Below, piece after piece: positions 12,692 to 25,149 of a stretch of 64,000 bases of DNA. The number at the start of each line of letters is the position of its first letter. Position 1 is the stretch's first letter. Both the position numbers and the translations under genes were made by a program. Origin of the DNA: Branchiostoma belcheri. Its lineage: Eukaryota. The notes beneath the pieces were generated by a model. The model made no database searches, was not told where the DNA came from, and saw only the letters and a list, made by a program, of their open reading frames with translations. The DNA lies in NCBI RefSeq assembly GCF_001625305.1, contig NW_017804120.1, positions 291,553-355,552 of the forward strand, written 5' to 3'.

Positions 12692-13125
12692 TAGGGCTGC
12701 GTACCTAAACGCAACATCAGGTACAGGTACAGGTACCGGTACAGAGGTTTAGGTACAGGTCCGGACCTGTACCTGTACCTGAACAATTTGACAAATTAAC
12801 ACGTGTTCTTCACTTTTTCAATCATGACACAAACAATAATAAAGTGTTGACAACTTGTCAGTATCTTCCAATCACAACCCTGGATCAGCCACACTCTCGC
12901 GATGTCTCGTGAGACTGAGGATCTCAAATCAATCGACGGTGTTTACGTCTTTTCCAGTGCTAATTTTTCGTCTTTGTGGTAGGATTTACCTATCTTTAGT
13001 CATATACATGGTGTAAACTAGCTATTTCGGTATATACTCGTTACTTCATGATCCGGTATTTTGGACCTGTACCGAAACGATTTTTACGGTATTGGACCGG
13101 TACAGTGTACCGGTCCGCAGCCCTA
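12692..13125 (+). mobile_element. hAT-like MITE family D, about 435 bp, termini TAGGGCTGCGTACCTAAAC...GCAGCCCTA. It is related to family B.
   Basis: Perfect 8-bp target-site duplication TCGTAAAG. The second copy lies 1.45 kb away in inverted orientation. Confidence 0.8.
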
Positions 13126-13407
13126 TCGTAAAGCCATATTACTGGCTGGTTCCTCAATGGTTTACAAGCAGAATTCTGCCCAATTTCGATTCTTCTATGT
13201 CTTCTCTTAAAGGCATTCAATGCAACTTTAGGGAAGCAAAACAAATATTTTGGATGAGGAAATCTGTATGATATTGACATTACAGAGAAGCAAGTGATGT
13301 GAGGCATCTTTTTTATTTTTTGGGTACCACTCATACATGTAATTAGCTAGAACCAGCCTAGTAATAGTAGTATGATACAAAACAACCAACCGTTTTCTGT
13401 CAGTAAC

Positions 13408-13791
13408 TAGTGATGCATTACCTAAACCCAATTTTAGGTTCAGGTCCGGATTCAAGTCCAGAGGTGGACTTGTAAGTCCAGACCTAAACCCATGGCATAT
13501 ACAAAATTGCATGTTGGCAACCTTGGAATGTTGTCTGGGTGAAACTTTGGCCACATAACATGGAGGCCGGTACTTGACGTCGATGCCCGATGGCAATGTT
13601 TTCTTCATTTTGCAGCAAATATGTTGCAATCTACGGAAGGTTTTAGGTGGTTTGGAAAGAAAAGGGGTGTGTGAAATGGTCTTTTATGGTTGGTATAAGT
13701 CCGGACTCGGTTCTTTTAGGTTTTTTTGGACTTGAACCGAAACATTCTTACAAGTCCGGATCCAAGTCCAGTGAACCGATATGCAGCACTA
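13408..13791 (+). mobile_element. hAT-like MITE family B copy.
   Basis: Flanks TCAGTAAC/TCAGTGAC (7 of 8 match) around the B termini. Confidence 0.7.
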
Positions 13792-14577
13792 TCAGTGACA
13801 TCACATTTTTGCCTCACAGATATCAGTATGCTATGGGATAGGATTGCTACATCAAAAGAATGACCAGAAAATTGATGTTGAAAATCCAGTTTTGCCGCCC
13901 TGAAATTGCAATTTGGATGCCTTTAAGATTAAGAAACTGCCTTAGACATTCAGTCTAGACTTTCTTAGAAATTTGACTGGGAAGGGCTATATCTAGATGT
14001 CTTATCACATTTACATGATTGTACCTCTAGACTTCTTTTGAATGGAATATCCATTTGACAAATAGCTGCACACCTTCAAAACATTTTAGCTATGAAATTA
14101 AAAGCCTCATTCTATAGCTAGCTCATATGAAAGTGCAATTAATATCAAAGTGTCGTGCATTCTTTGATTCAACACTGTAAATCTATTCAAGGAAATCCCA
14201 TGAGAAGTAAAATCAAGTACATTGAAATGGGGAGAGAAATCTTCAAGATTATTCAAATATGCACCAACAACCACCTTGTCAATGTCATTTTTCTTAATTC
14301 ATGTAATATATGTAATTTTATGTCATTATAAACCATCATGGTAACAGCCTTCTATTCGCCATATATTACTAACTGTTATTGAGCACTACACATGCCAAAT
14401 AGTCATAAATCCACAGCCAATTTGGCTGCCATCATCACATACTTTTATTTGACTGTCACAGCAAATAAAACTCAAATTACATGGTGTAAAAGTTATGATT
14501 TTCTACACGTACATGTTCTTATAAGCCCCTTTTATTAGAGATTATGTAGTGCGTCATACTTGTACATGTATCTGAAC

Positions 14578-15013
14578 TAGGGCTGCGGACCGGTACACTG
14601 TACCGGTCCAATACCGTAAAAATCGTTTCGGTACAGGTCCAAAATACCGGATCATGAAGTAACGAGTATATACCGAAATAGCTAGTTTACACCATGTATA
14701 TGACTAAAGATAGGTAAATCCTACCACAAAGACGAAAAAATAGCACTGGAAAAGACGTAAACACCGTCGATTGATTTGAGATCCTCAGTCTCACGAGACA
14801 TCGCGAGAGTGTGGCTGATCCAGGGTTGTGATTGGAAGATACTGACAAGTTGTCAACACTTTTTTATTGTTTCTGTGTCATGATTGAAAAAGTGAAGAAC
14901 ACGTGTTAATTTGTCAAATTGTTCAGGTACAGGTACAGGTCCGGACCTGTACCTAAACCTCTGTACCGGTACCTGTACCTGTACCTGATGTTACGTTTAG
15001 GTACGCAGCCCTA
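14578..15013 (-). mobile_element. hAT-like MITE family D copy 2, inverted relative to 12692-13125.
   Basis: Perfect 8-bp target-site duplication ATCTGAAC. Confidence 0.8.
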
Positions 15014-15339
15014 ATCTGAACCAAAGCATAGAAAGATGTGCCAAGCAATTCCCACTTGGCCTTCCTACACTAATACTATCTCAAAGCTGTAGGTATTGTC
15101 ATGTCGTAACTTCATGATACAAAGTAAACGTGACATTACAAAATGTTACAATTTCATACACGTATGCATTCTTTGATTCCTTTCGTTTCATACATGTAGG
15201 TATTTCGCAGTGCGTCATTTTTTATTTTAGCCAAAGGGTGGAACGATGATTGTGCCAAGCGATTCCCAGTTGGCTTCCCTAGACTGGTCTATCTCAAAGC
15301 TTTGCTGTCACCATGCCATAGCTTTATTTGATACCAAAC

Positions 15340-16272
15340 TAGAGTTCCCCGATCTCATACCTTCGCCAAATGATGTTAATCTTTATGACGTACGCGACTG
15401 ACAAAGTTTAGATTAGATTATCCCCCCCTGATTTAAGAAATAGGAACCTAATTTTCATGAATTATATTGTTTTATCATAATCTCAACCAAAAGACAAAAA
15501 GTCTTATATTAACAAAGAATGCATTCTAGCATTTCCTAATAAATTATGCAAATGAGGTCCTGATTTCAATAAATTATGTTTAATGATGTTCACCTCAATT
15601 TAACTTTCAAATACCACAAGTATGAAATTCCAGGCAGTTATCATTACATAATTATAAAATTTTCTCATTAATTATGCAAATTAAGTTCTTTTTAACATGA
15701 TCAATATCTTCCTGTGTTTCTCTCGTTGTCAATTACCAATGTCACAAGCTTCAATTGTCCTATCATGGAATGCAGCTGATTTATAGAATTTCCCCATAAA
15801 TTATGCAAATTACATCCATATTTGCATAATTGTCACATAATTATATTAAGCATCACGTAAGCTACCTACATACCAAAAATCACGACGATCCGTCAACCGG
15901 TTCTTGAGTTATCCCCTTTTGAATATTTTCAAGAATTTATCCCTGCAGTTCCAGAGCAAGCCTCTAGGGGGCCTAAACTCACGCCACTTCTTTCCCAGCA
16001 CAAGAGCTACCTACCATCTAAATTTCAATACCATAGCATGTCTAGATCATGAGATATCAAAACCGGAAGTTCAGCTGCAGTACCATAATAAGCCGCTAGG
16101 GGGCCCAAAATCTAATCATTTTGAGGTCTCGTCAAGACCTACCCACCTACCAAGTATCAAGACAATCCATCAAGGCCTTCTCAAGTTATCGTGTTTACAG
16201 ACAGACACACACACACACAAACACACACATACACGAACGCCCCTGAAAACATAACCTTCTTGGCGAAGGTAA
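15340..16272 (-). mobile_element. Family F element, inverted copy. Together with 8656-9579 it forms a roughly 7.6-kb inverted pair.
   Basis: Reverse complement of the 8656-9579 copy along its full length, including the (CA)n tract at 16201-16234. Confidence 0.65.
16201..16234. repeat. (CA)n-rich microsatellite inside the inverted family F element.
   Basis: Read directly. Confidence 0.9.
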
Positions 16273-16451
16273 TAAAAATGAAATTACCGACTGACTGAAT
16301 TTACAATAATAAAAAAATTGTATTGCCTACATTCACTCAAATTCTTAAATCACTCGTGCATCATTTTTGTATCTTTAGCCAAACTATAGAATGATTTTGT
16401 GTCTTAGACCATGTTGATTTAATTATATTTATTATTAGATATAACATGTAG

Positions 16452-16691
16452 GAACCCCAAAACTGATGCGAGCTTGCGAATTAAAAAAATTATTGGCAAA
16501 AAAATTGCCTTCATAGAGTATAGTGTGGCGAATAATAGCCTCCTCGTTTTTATTTCTTTATATTTTCTTCTGTACCTTTGGAGTTGCTTAAATGTACAAT
16601 TTACAGTATGGTCGAAAACTTTTTTTGGAAACAGACATCTGAAAATTCATGCGGGCTGAGATGTCGTCCATATAATGAAATCAACATGGCC
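16452..16691 (+). mobile_element. 3' partial copy of family E MITE.
   Basis: Right TIR and about 200 bp homologous to 56900-57122. Confidence 0.5.
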
Positions 16692-16699
16692 TTACCCAA

Positions 16700-17140
16700 A
16701 ATATAGCATGAAGATTCAGACAATTCCCGGTGGCCAGTCCTACACTAACTCTATCTCCGGGCCACGCTGTCATCATGATCAGTCACTTAGTCATCAGCTA
16801 TTGCCACAAGAAAGTGCCGTGCCAAGCCGACAAGATGATACCTACTGTAACTGACAGGGGACAACAAATTTTTGTGTTTACTAAAGGAAAACATATTGTT
16901 TTTTGCTCTGTTTCATCTCCATTCCAAACACTGACCTCTGATCTGGTCAATGACCTGAACCAGACAGTCTCTCACCATGGTAACTGGTGTTGGGTAACAT
17001 AATGTTGCAATTTTATAGTAAGAGGGATTTATACTCCTGTCACCATATATGTGAATGTGTTTAAGTAAGAATTAACAGATCAGACCATATGTGGAGGTAA
17101 ACATTATGCATTTGTAAATGTTAACTTTCTTGTTTTACAT
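16700..17140 (+). repeat. Interspersed repeat family G, about 300-450 bp. Further copies at 17200-17350, 31075-31375, 33360-33680 and 33700-33990.
   Basis: Shared blocks cagacaattcccagtggccagtcctacactaac and gttgcaattttatag...gaattaacagagcagaccatatg. ORF 16730..17002 is an artefact. Confidence 0.55.
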
Positions 17141-17661
17141 TGTTTTGTATTTTTTTTCAAGATTGGGCAAAAATCTTATGTCATCCTTAAAAATTCAGCT
17201 CTAGAAATTACATGACCAGCCAGACAATTCCCAGTGGCCAGTCCTACACTAACTGTATCTCCAAGCCATGCTGTCATCATGATCAGTCACTTACTCATCA
17301 GACAGTCCCAAAATAAAGCGCCGCCAGGGTGATTCCAACTGTAACTGACGGGGGGCTTTTCTTCCGAAATGAGCGGTAAATCCCCAGCCGGCGCGCAGAT
17401 CAAATGACAGGGAACGAACGTGGCACCAAGGGCACCCTGGGTAATCCCTCAGGCTGATAGGGTCTGAAGTCTGTCAATGCCGGAGGGTCGGAGTTAAGGA
17501 CACGGTTCGGAGACAGGAAATATCAGCTTTATTGACGCAGCAAAAGTATTGCAACTTTAGTATGCAAGCACGTCTAACCCTTGGGAGATGGGAAACAACA
17601 GGTACTTAACTGTGTGGATAGTAAGGATGTATGAGTGTATGGTCAACTAAACACTAAAAAC

Positions 17662-18016
17662 TAGTGCTGCATACCTAAACCCAATTTTAGGTTCAGGTCC
17701 GGATTCGGGCCAGAGGTTTAGGTTCAGTTCCGGACTTGTAAGTCTGGACCTAAACCCATGGCATATACAAAATTGCATGTTGGCAACCTTGCAATGTTTT
17801 CTGGGTGAAACTTTGGCCACATAACAATTGGAGGCCGGTACTTGACGATGCCCGATGGCAATGTTTTAGGTGGTTTGGAAAGAAAAGGGGTATGTGAAAT
17901 GGTCTTTTATGGTAATAAGTCCGGACTCGGATCTTGACTTTTAGGTTTTTTTGGACTTGAACCTAAACATTCTTACAAGTCCGGATCCAAGTCCAGTGAA
18001 CCGGTATGCATCACTA
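17662..18016 (+). mobile_element. hAT-like MITE family B copy.
   Basis: Perfect 8-bp target-site duplication CTAAAAAC. Confidence 0.75.
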
Positions 18017-18294
18017 CTAAAAACTATAATTTTATACAATATATGATATACAATAAATAAATTGTACTCAAACTATAAGCCTATTACAATCACATGGGGC
18101 TAATCATGGGTTTAAAAATGATTTTAGAGTAATGATAGATTAATTACTAAATAATGACTGAGTGTATGTACATAAAAAAAATTACAAGGACTTGAAAAAG
18201 ACAAACAATGAAGAGCAATTAAAAATGACATATACATGTAGCAATTTGAATGTAACGTCACTTCTCTAGTCTGAATAGTATATTATACATGTAA

Positions 18295-18470
18295 GTCACT
18301 GAATGAAAAGACTCCTTTTACGCAACTTTTATTCAGCCCAACGTTTTGGTGACTGTCTGTCACCTTCCTCAGGGCAATTCTGAGTCAGACAGAGGGTCAC
18401 CGAAACATCGGCTGCTGAATAAAACATTTAGTTGCGTAACAGAACCCTTTATTCAATGACTAAAGCTGTT
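18295..18470. mobile_element. About 175-bp hairpin-forming repeat, family K. A half-copy lies at 41222-41290.
   Basis: Inverted arms of ...ttattcagc.ga.gtttcggtgac..tctgtca... around the centre agggcaattctgag. Sequence ggtgaccgtctgtcaccttcctcagggcaattctga is shared with 41235-41285. Confidence 0.5.
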
Positions 18471-19079
18471 TCCAAAGCCTGATCAAAATTTTCATTTTTA
18501 TCATTCCACTGCCCGATTCAAAATATGCAAATCAAGTTGATATGAGTTCTGGAATTACCGCCCCAGGGACCTAATACGATAATGCGCTAGTTCTCAATTA
18601 AGGCAAACTCCCAGTAGTCCGATTATGTACAGAAACTGAAATTAAATCTGAGATAAAGTCAGACTGTGTGACAGATTGACACGTCAAACGCAGATTTAAG
18701 TGCCCGTCTTGCTCTTGGGCAGCGGCGGATCCTCCCGGTAATTTATCTTAAGGTTGCGGCAAACCTTAAGGCTTCTTCTTTCAACAACTACTCTTCCAAG
18801 AAAAATGATCAAGAGAGATATTGGTGACAGTTTTGGCACACTTCACTATCTTTATCTTATAATATGTTTTGATTTTTTGTTGCCGGCACGTTTCTTGCCT
18901 TCTAATTTCTAGGACAGGACTTAATGTGATAATCATCATGATAGCTCTCGAAAAGGTGAGACATATTTAGTATTAATATCAAAATAGATATTTGGCAGTC
19001 CACCCATTTCAATAACACAAATGTCAAATTTTTTATGTTTGTGCATTTTGTCGTCTTTTAAATCATGGTCCATGCATCA

Positions 19080-19910
19080 CAATTTCCATTTATAAATTAA
19101 ACCAAGTCAGACGGAGTTACACATTCCAGTCCAATTTTGGTTGCTCAAAAGTTCTGTAGTGATCACTAATTTTGGTTGCTCAAAAGTTCTGTAGTGATCA
19201 CTATCTAAAACAGAAATGCTTCGAGTGTGTCTTTGGGACTAAAATTAAAAAGTGAAAGGCACCCTACATGACAGCTTTGATGGACCGTGCATAAAATTTC
19301 TGTTCATAAAACCAAGAGTTACACATTCAAGTCCTATTCTGGTTGCTCAAACTTCAAAGTTCCTTAAAGCGATCACTATATCTACAGGATGAAGAGGCCT
19401 AACACAGAAACATTTCGAGTGTAACTTTGGGACTTTTAAGTAAAAGGCACCTGACATGACAGCTTTGATGGACCGTGCATAAAATTTCTGTTCATTAAAA
19501 CAATGCTTCAAGTATGACTTTGGGACTATCAAGTAAAAGGCACCCTACATGACAGTTTTGATGAACCGTGCATAAAATTTCTGTTCATAAACAAAGAGTT
19601 ACACATTCAAGTCCTATTCTGGTTGCTCAAACTTCAAAGTTCCATGTAGCGATCACTATCTAGAGCATGAAGAGGCCTAACACAGAAACATTTCGAGTGT
19701 GACTTTGGGACTTTTAAGTAAAAGGCACCTGACATGACAGCTTTGATGGACCGTGCATAAAATTTCTGTTCATAAAACCAAGAGTTACACATTCAAAAAC
19801 GTCAAAGTTCCACAGAGATCGCTATCTAGAGCAAGAAGAGGCCTAACACAGAAACATTTCGAGTGTGACTTTGGGACTATCAGGTAAAAGGCACCTGACA
19901 TGACAGCTCT
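19080..19910. repeat. Satellite-like tandem array, about 4.5 units of roughly 180 bp.
   Basis: Repeated gacagctttgatggaccgtgcataaaatttctgttcataaaaccaagagttacacattcaagtcctattctggttgctcaaa... Confidence 0.75.
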
Positions 19911-19979
19911 TAGCACTCTATCAAGCGTTTCATATCGATTGCCGCCTGGTATGATATATAATCCGTTATGATAAGCCGC

Positions 19980-20240
19980 CTTGCTGCGTGACCCTTTCTA
20001 TACTCCCGCGGGCGCCGCTAGCCAAGGAACGCTCAACCGTCATCGCTTGAGGAGTCACGATAACGGGATTTTTTGCCACGCGAATGCTTCAAAGTCGCCG
20101 TCGGTTGGCGGTAAATATCGTTTGTCGTGATCCGTGTCGTGAGGGACGCGGTGTTCCGAGTAAGTGGACAAGAGAGGGATGGCCGAACTACGGACAGTTT
20201 GGCAGGGGCGGCGCGAGGGTAATGGGATGTCTGGTTTGGT
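19980..20240. promoter_or_regulatory. CpG-rich island of about 260 bp in an otherwise CpG-poor, AT-rich intron. It may be an unmethylated regulatory element or an internal promoter.
   Basis: I counted more than 25 CpG dinucleotides in about 250 bp (cccgcgggcgccgctagcc, gtcgccgtcggttggcgg, ccgtgtcgtgagggacgcggtg, ggcggcgcgaggg). Flanking sequence has very few. Confidence 0.35.
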
Positions 20241-20660
20241 AACATATAATATCCCACGGGTCAAAACTGTAAATGTGAATAGAACACTTAACTGCAATGA
20301 ATCACCTTGTTGATGGATATAAAAAAATGGCCCAAACTCATATATGACATTGGGAGTGCAAGATACCTAAGTGAGAGCCTACATGTAAGTTGTTGCAATT
20401 TGCACTCTCTAAATGCAGACTCCTTGTATCTGTACTGTCTGGTTTGGTAACATATAATATCCCACGGGTCAAAACTGTAAATGTGAATATAACACTTAAC
20501 TGCATTGAATCAGCTTGTTGATAGAGGTAAAAAATGGCCCAAACTCATATGACATGGGGAGTGTTGTACAAGATGCCTAACTGAGAAAGTTGAATCAGAT
20601 GCAATTTGCACTCTCTAATATTAAATAAATGCAGACTCCCTGTACAACCTGATTGTCTGT
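20228..20660. repeat. Two tandem copies of a roughly 210-bp unit.
   Basis: Sequence ctggtttggtaacatataatatcccacgggtcaaaactgtaaatgtgaata.aacacttaactgca occurs twice. It lies just downstream of the CpG-rich segment. Confidence 0.7.
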
Positions 20661-22318
20661 ACTGTCTCAACATCTCAACCAGAAGGAGATCCAAGCTTCA
20701 AAGACTTCTCAAGAGGTTTGTATCAAAATAAAAATGTCTTATTAGGAATCATAACAATCTCACGAGTCCACCTAACCTAGGAGGATCTGCATGGGGGAGT
20801 AGTGGTTACGAATTACGCAAAATTCTCACAGCCCATTACAAATTACATTTAACACTCAATGACATTTCTACCTGAGTCAGGTGAGGAAATACCTATAGGA
20901 GCCAGAAAAGGTCCTTCAGCCCCCAAAATTTATGCCCCTTTCAACCAAACCAACCCAAAAAAAAGGCAATTAGCAAGGGTCTGCAGTTTTTTCTAAGGTC
21001 GGTTGGAAAACAGGAAGCACAACATTTTTTTTCCTAGGCCTTACACGAATAGGACTGTGCCTGTTGCAGACTATATTTTTCCGACACAACATTTGGAAAC
21101 TACAGACTGGATGTTAACCTTATACAATGTATGTGCAAATATGACCTTATATGAGACGTTCTGCCGAAGTGCTATGCACAATACATTATAGGTTTTGCGC
21201 AGGTGCAGTACGTTATGCCGACGTGCTTATACATGTATGAAGAGACCAATAAAATTTGGTTATATACATAATTATGTATATTATAGATTTTACATGCCCG
21301 AAGCAGTTTTATCTTGGCATTGGGGGTCACAGCTAAATGCCACATTTTGCAAACACAGGAAAACCCATCACCTTAGAAACTCTCCAGAGAGCCAATGTCT
21401 TGACAAAACATTCAATATCAGTTCACTTCACCTTGCCTGCCCTTTTGTTCGCTGGCGGAGGTCAAATAGCTCTCAAGGTCAAAGGTTTCCACAACGTAAC
21501 AATCTTCCAATCTGCTGGTCGACACTTCACTCAATACATTAGGCTGGGGGAAGGGAGGGTTCTGTTTGTGGGACAGAGCAAGAACAAGAAATGCTTTTGA
21601 AAAAAGAAAGAAGAGAAAAAGATAATCCCTACTTTCCCAACCACAATTTTTTCTGGACTGAAACAGGAAACACAACATTTTTTTTCCTAGGCCTAACCAG
21701 TAACCTTGTTACGTGGTGACCAATGGTTGTTCTGCCATGCTACCCTCTTTCCCCCACAAATTAAAAACAAGACTGGCAATGAAAACATACATTGCCATGG
21801 CGACGGTGGTTGCTGTTAGGGTTATTGTTTGCATGGCACTGCCATAATTTCATGATTTTGAGGAAGACAGATACAGTGCACTCCTCCCCCGAGTGTACAG
21901 TGAACAAGCCCCGGGGTCACAGAAAGTAGGGCCATCGGGCCAGAGAGGTCGTCCCAAGGGTTTCCAGGAATGTGGGCATAGATGTGGGTCAGAGACATGC
22001 CTGTGGACATTCCATTCCTGTGGACAAAATGCCTGTACCATTCCTAGAATTCTAGCAAACTGCACACAATACTGTACCATTAGGCTCCTCCCTGAGATGT
22101 CGCCAAAAATCCCCAAAGAGACTGACTAATATGTTGACATTAGGGTACAGTCTGACTACAGCAAACCCCATCCACAACTTGAAGCATTCCAAGTAATTTG
22201 GTTCCTGATGTCTCAATAATGGTGGTTAAATGGCTGATTTGTCAAGTGACAAAGTGAAACTGACAGGACGGTGGAAAGGAGGGTAATTTACGTGCATGTA
22301 AATATGCTGGCCTGGTAC

Positions 22319-22715
22319 TAGTGCTGCATACCTAAACCCAATTTTAGGTTCAGGTCCGGATTCAAGTCCAGAGGTTTAGGTTCAGTTCCGGACTTGTAAG
22401 TCCAGACCTAAACCCATGGCATATACAAAATTGCATGTTGGCAACCTTGCAATGTTGTCTGGGTAAAACTTTGGCCACATAACATAGAGGCTGGTACTTG
22501 ACGATGCCCGATGGCAATGTTCTTCATTTTGCACCAAAGATTTTGCAATGTACGGAAGGTTTTAGGTGGTTTGGAAAGAAAAGGGGTATGTGAAATTGTC
22601 TTTTATGGTAATAAGTCCAGACTCGGTTCTTGACTTTTAGGTTTTTTTGGACTTGAACCTAAACATTCATACAAGGCCGGATCCAAGTCCAGTGAACCTG
22701 CCAAATGCAGCACTA
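22319..22715 (+). mobile_element. hAT-like MITE family B copy.
   Basis: Perfect 8-bp target-site duplication CCTGGTAC. Confidence 0.8.
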
Positions 22716-23290
22716 CCTGGTACAATACTAGTGGTAGAGTGTGCCATTAACAAATTCCATATTATCATGATAATTCATTTATAACATGCACTGTAAGGTT
22801 TATGAAGCCTTGTACAAGTAAATATTTCTTTTAACATGATGTAGAAGAAAATTACGTGTGGTATTATTATCTAATGGCAAATTCAAAAATCTAAATCATT
22901 TGGTATCTTACTTATTTGTAAGAGTTGTACATACGTTTTATGATAAATTCCGGGTAGCTGCAACACATTATGTATAATCAAAATGGTGAATTACGCTCTA
23001 TGCAAAATGCACCAATAACGCTCTACGTTGAATTAGTCTAAGAGCGGTTTGTCTACGCTCTACATGGAATTAAAACGGCCGATTACGCTCTACGGAAATG
23101 GGCATGTGGGCCCCCCTATCTTTACAAGATTCTTCCAAAAGATAGACACCAGGGAATGACATAATCCACTCGTACAGGATATTATTCTAACATATACCCT
23201 TTGAATGATAGATGGTTAACAGTGTGTAATTTAAAGTTTGTTAGTATTATTAGGAGAGACATTTCTAATATATTGCTGTTGCCCTGCTAG

Positions 23291-23654
23291 GGCGACACCA
23301 ATTTAATTTCTTGGTTAACAGATTCGCCCGCTTCATTTTTTTCTGATTTGCAAAAAACAAAAATCAGAATCAACTGCAAAATGCTGATATTTTGCCCAGA
23401 ACAGTTAAAAACAGTCCTTTTCTTTCTAGTTGTTACAGTTATTCTATCTTTCAATGCAGTGGTATAATTAAAAGTTCAAAATTCATTGTTTAAATTTTGA
23501 ACCAGCCTGGTGTGTTGACTTCAAGGCTCCTATCGTACCATTTTGGACTATAATAGGATGCCTAGGCCTGTTTTTATTTTTATTTTTTTTTGCCCGCCTG
23601 CTTCATTATTTTTCTAGAAAAATCCGTTAAGCAAGAAATTAACTTCGTGTGGCC
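23291..23654 (+). mobile_element. MITE family A, copy 2.
   Basis: Same TIRs and internal sequence as 126-474. TAG flanks. Confidence 0.8.
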
Positions 23655-23850
23655 TAGGTACTCAATACCTAATTTAGAGGCATAAAAACTACTTTGCCTG
23701 TGCAAGAACTAATCGATAAGTCACTGTGCGGAATATAATTACCATCGCACATTAGAATGCCAAGCAAAGTTCACAGAATAGACTATGTATTAGTATGGAG
23801 AGCGGCTGGAAAGTCAAGGAGGCCATAAGCTAAGAAAGTTCATGCATAAA

Positions 23851-24246
23851 TAGTGCTGCATACCTAAACCCAATTTTAGGTTCAGGTCCGGATTCAAGTC
23901 CAGAGGTTTATATTCAGTTCCGGACTTGTAAGTCCAGACCTAAACCCATGCCATATACATAATTGCATGTTGGCAACCTTGCAATGTTGTCTGGGTGAAA
24001 CTTTGGCCGCATAACATGGAGGCCGGTACTTGACGATGCCCGATGGCAATGTTTTCTTCATTTTGCAGCAAAGATTTTGCAATGTACGGAAGGTTTTAGG
24101 TGGTTTGGAAAGAAACGGGGTATGTGAAATGGTCTTTTATGGTAATAAGTTCGGACTCGGTTCTTGACTTTTATGTTTTTTTGGACTTGAACCTAAACAT
24201 TCTTACAAGTCCGGATCCAAGTCCAGTGAACCGGTACGCAGCACTA
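23851..24246 (+). mobile_element. hAT-like MITE family B copy.
   Basis: Perfect 8-bp target-site duplication TGCATAAA. Confidence 0.8.
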
Positions 24247-24643
24247 TGCATAAAGTATTGTGTTTTACAATAGTTGCTGGAACATTGTTATAATAAGACA
24301 TGCATACCCAATTTTACCTTTCTAGTTATATATTTTTTATAGATGTATGTAAAGAAACCAGAACGAAAATATTCAAGAATGTAAAGAACCAGACATTCAG
24401 CACCAAGGACAGAACCTGTATATATTCAGCATTGTATTTTGTGACAAAATTTAACCATATCTCTTTTTAAATGAGGATTTTCTTTATAAAACCATATCTC
24501 TTTTTTGATAAAGAGATACTCTTATCTCTTTTTGATTATCTTAATGACATCAAGATAGCTTTTGTGCCTTCCAATCATTGTAAACTTTTGAAGACAACTA
24601 TAAAATAAAACCACATGATTGTTGACTCTACTCTTGAAGAGCA

Positions 24644-24896
24644 CGTCGGCAGAACGTACTGCACCTGCGTGAAACCCGTAATGTATTGTGTATAGCACTT
24701 CGGCAGAACGTCTCATATAAGGTCGTATTCGCGCATATAAGGTTAACACTCCGTCTGTAGTTATCAAATGTTATGTCGGAAAAGATATCCTCTGCAACAG
24801 GCAAAATTCTGATGCAATGTTGACCAAAAATCTTTCGAAAACCGCAAAAATCCAGGGTTCTGCGCAGGCGCAGTACGTTCTGCCGACATGCTCTCT
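24644..24896. mobile_element. Palindromic MITE family J, about 250 bp, with TIR GAGCACGTCGGCAGAACGTACTGCACCTGCG. A fragment also occurs at 21080-21240.
   Basis: About 30-bp TIRs. The internal sequence is inversely homologous to 21080-21240. Confidence 0.55.
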
Positions 24897-25149
24897 TGAA
24901 GTGAAGTTGGTTGCTCTAAGAGTAATTGCCATCTCATGAAATTGTGGTTGTGTCCTAGAACTAGATTTCCTAGACGTATAAATATCCAATTTGGATTTCC
25001 AGACAATTTCCTACATGTTAAGTTGTTGGTATTTGTCATGTATACAGATTATTTGGTTCAAATGTTATGTACATTGTGTAGTTGAAGTTAAGATGAAATA
25101 TTCTTCCCGTACATTTTGATGTAGCGCTATATGGTAGTGCTCATCCAAT

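Noticed and set aside
13228-13629. 133-aa minus-strand ORF (…LQHICCKMKKTLPSGI…KVSPRQHSKVANMQFCICHGFRSGLTSP) and its paralogues at 23894..24082 and 32252..32596.
   Set aside because: They lie entirely within family B hAT-MITE copies and recur wherever the element does. They are a repeat-encoded pseudo-ORF, not a gene.
15904-16254. 116-aa plus-strand ORF with an internal duplication (…KPLGGLNSRHFFP…KPLGGPKSNHF…), and similar ORFs at 58002..58304 and 8847..9113.
   Set aside because: They fall inside family F element copies. The internal duplication is that of the element itself.
18912-18955. 43-nt AG…GT-bounded segment (tttctag|GACAGGACTTAATGTGATAATCATCATGATAGCTCTCGAAAAG|gtgagac) as the missing PDZ exon.
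   Set aside because: No frame gives PDZ-like residues, and the required phase (0 in, 1-nt carry out) is not met.
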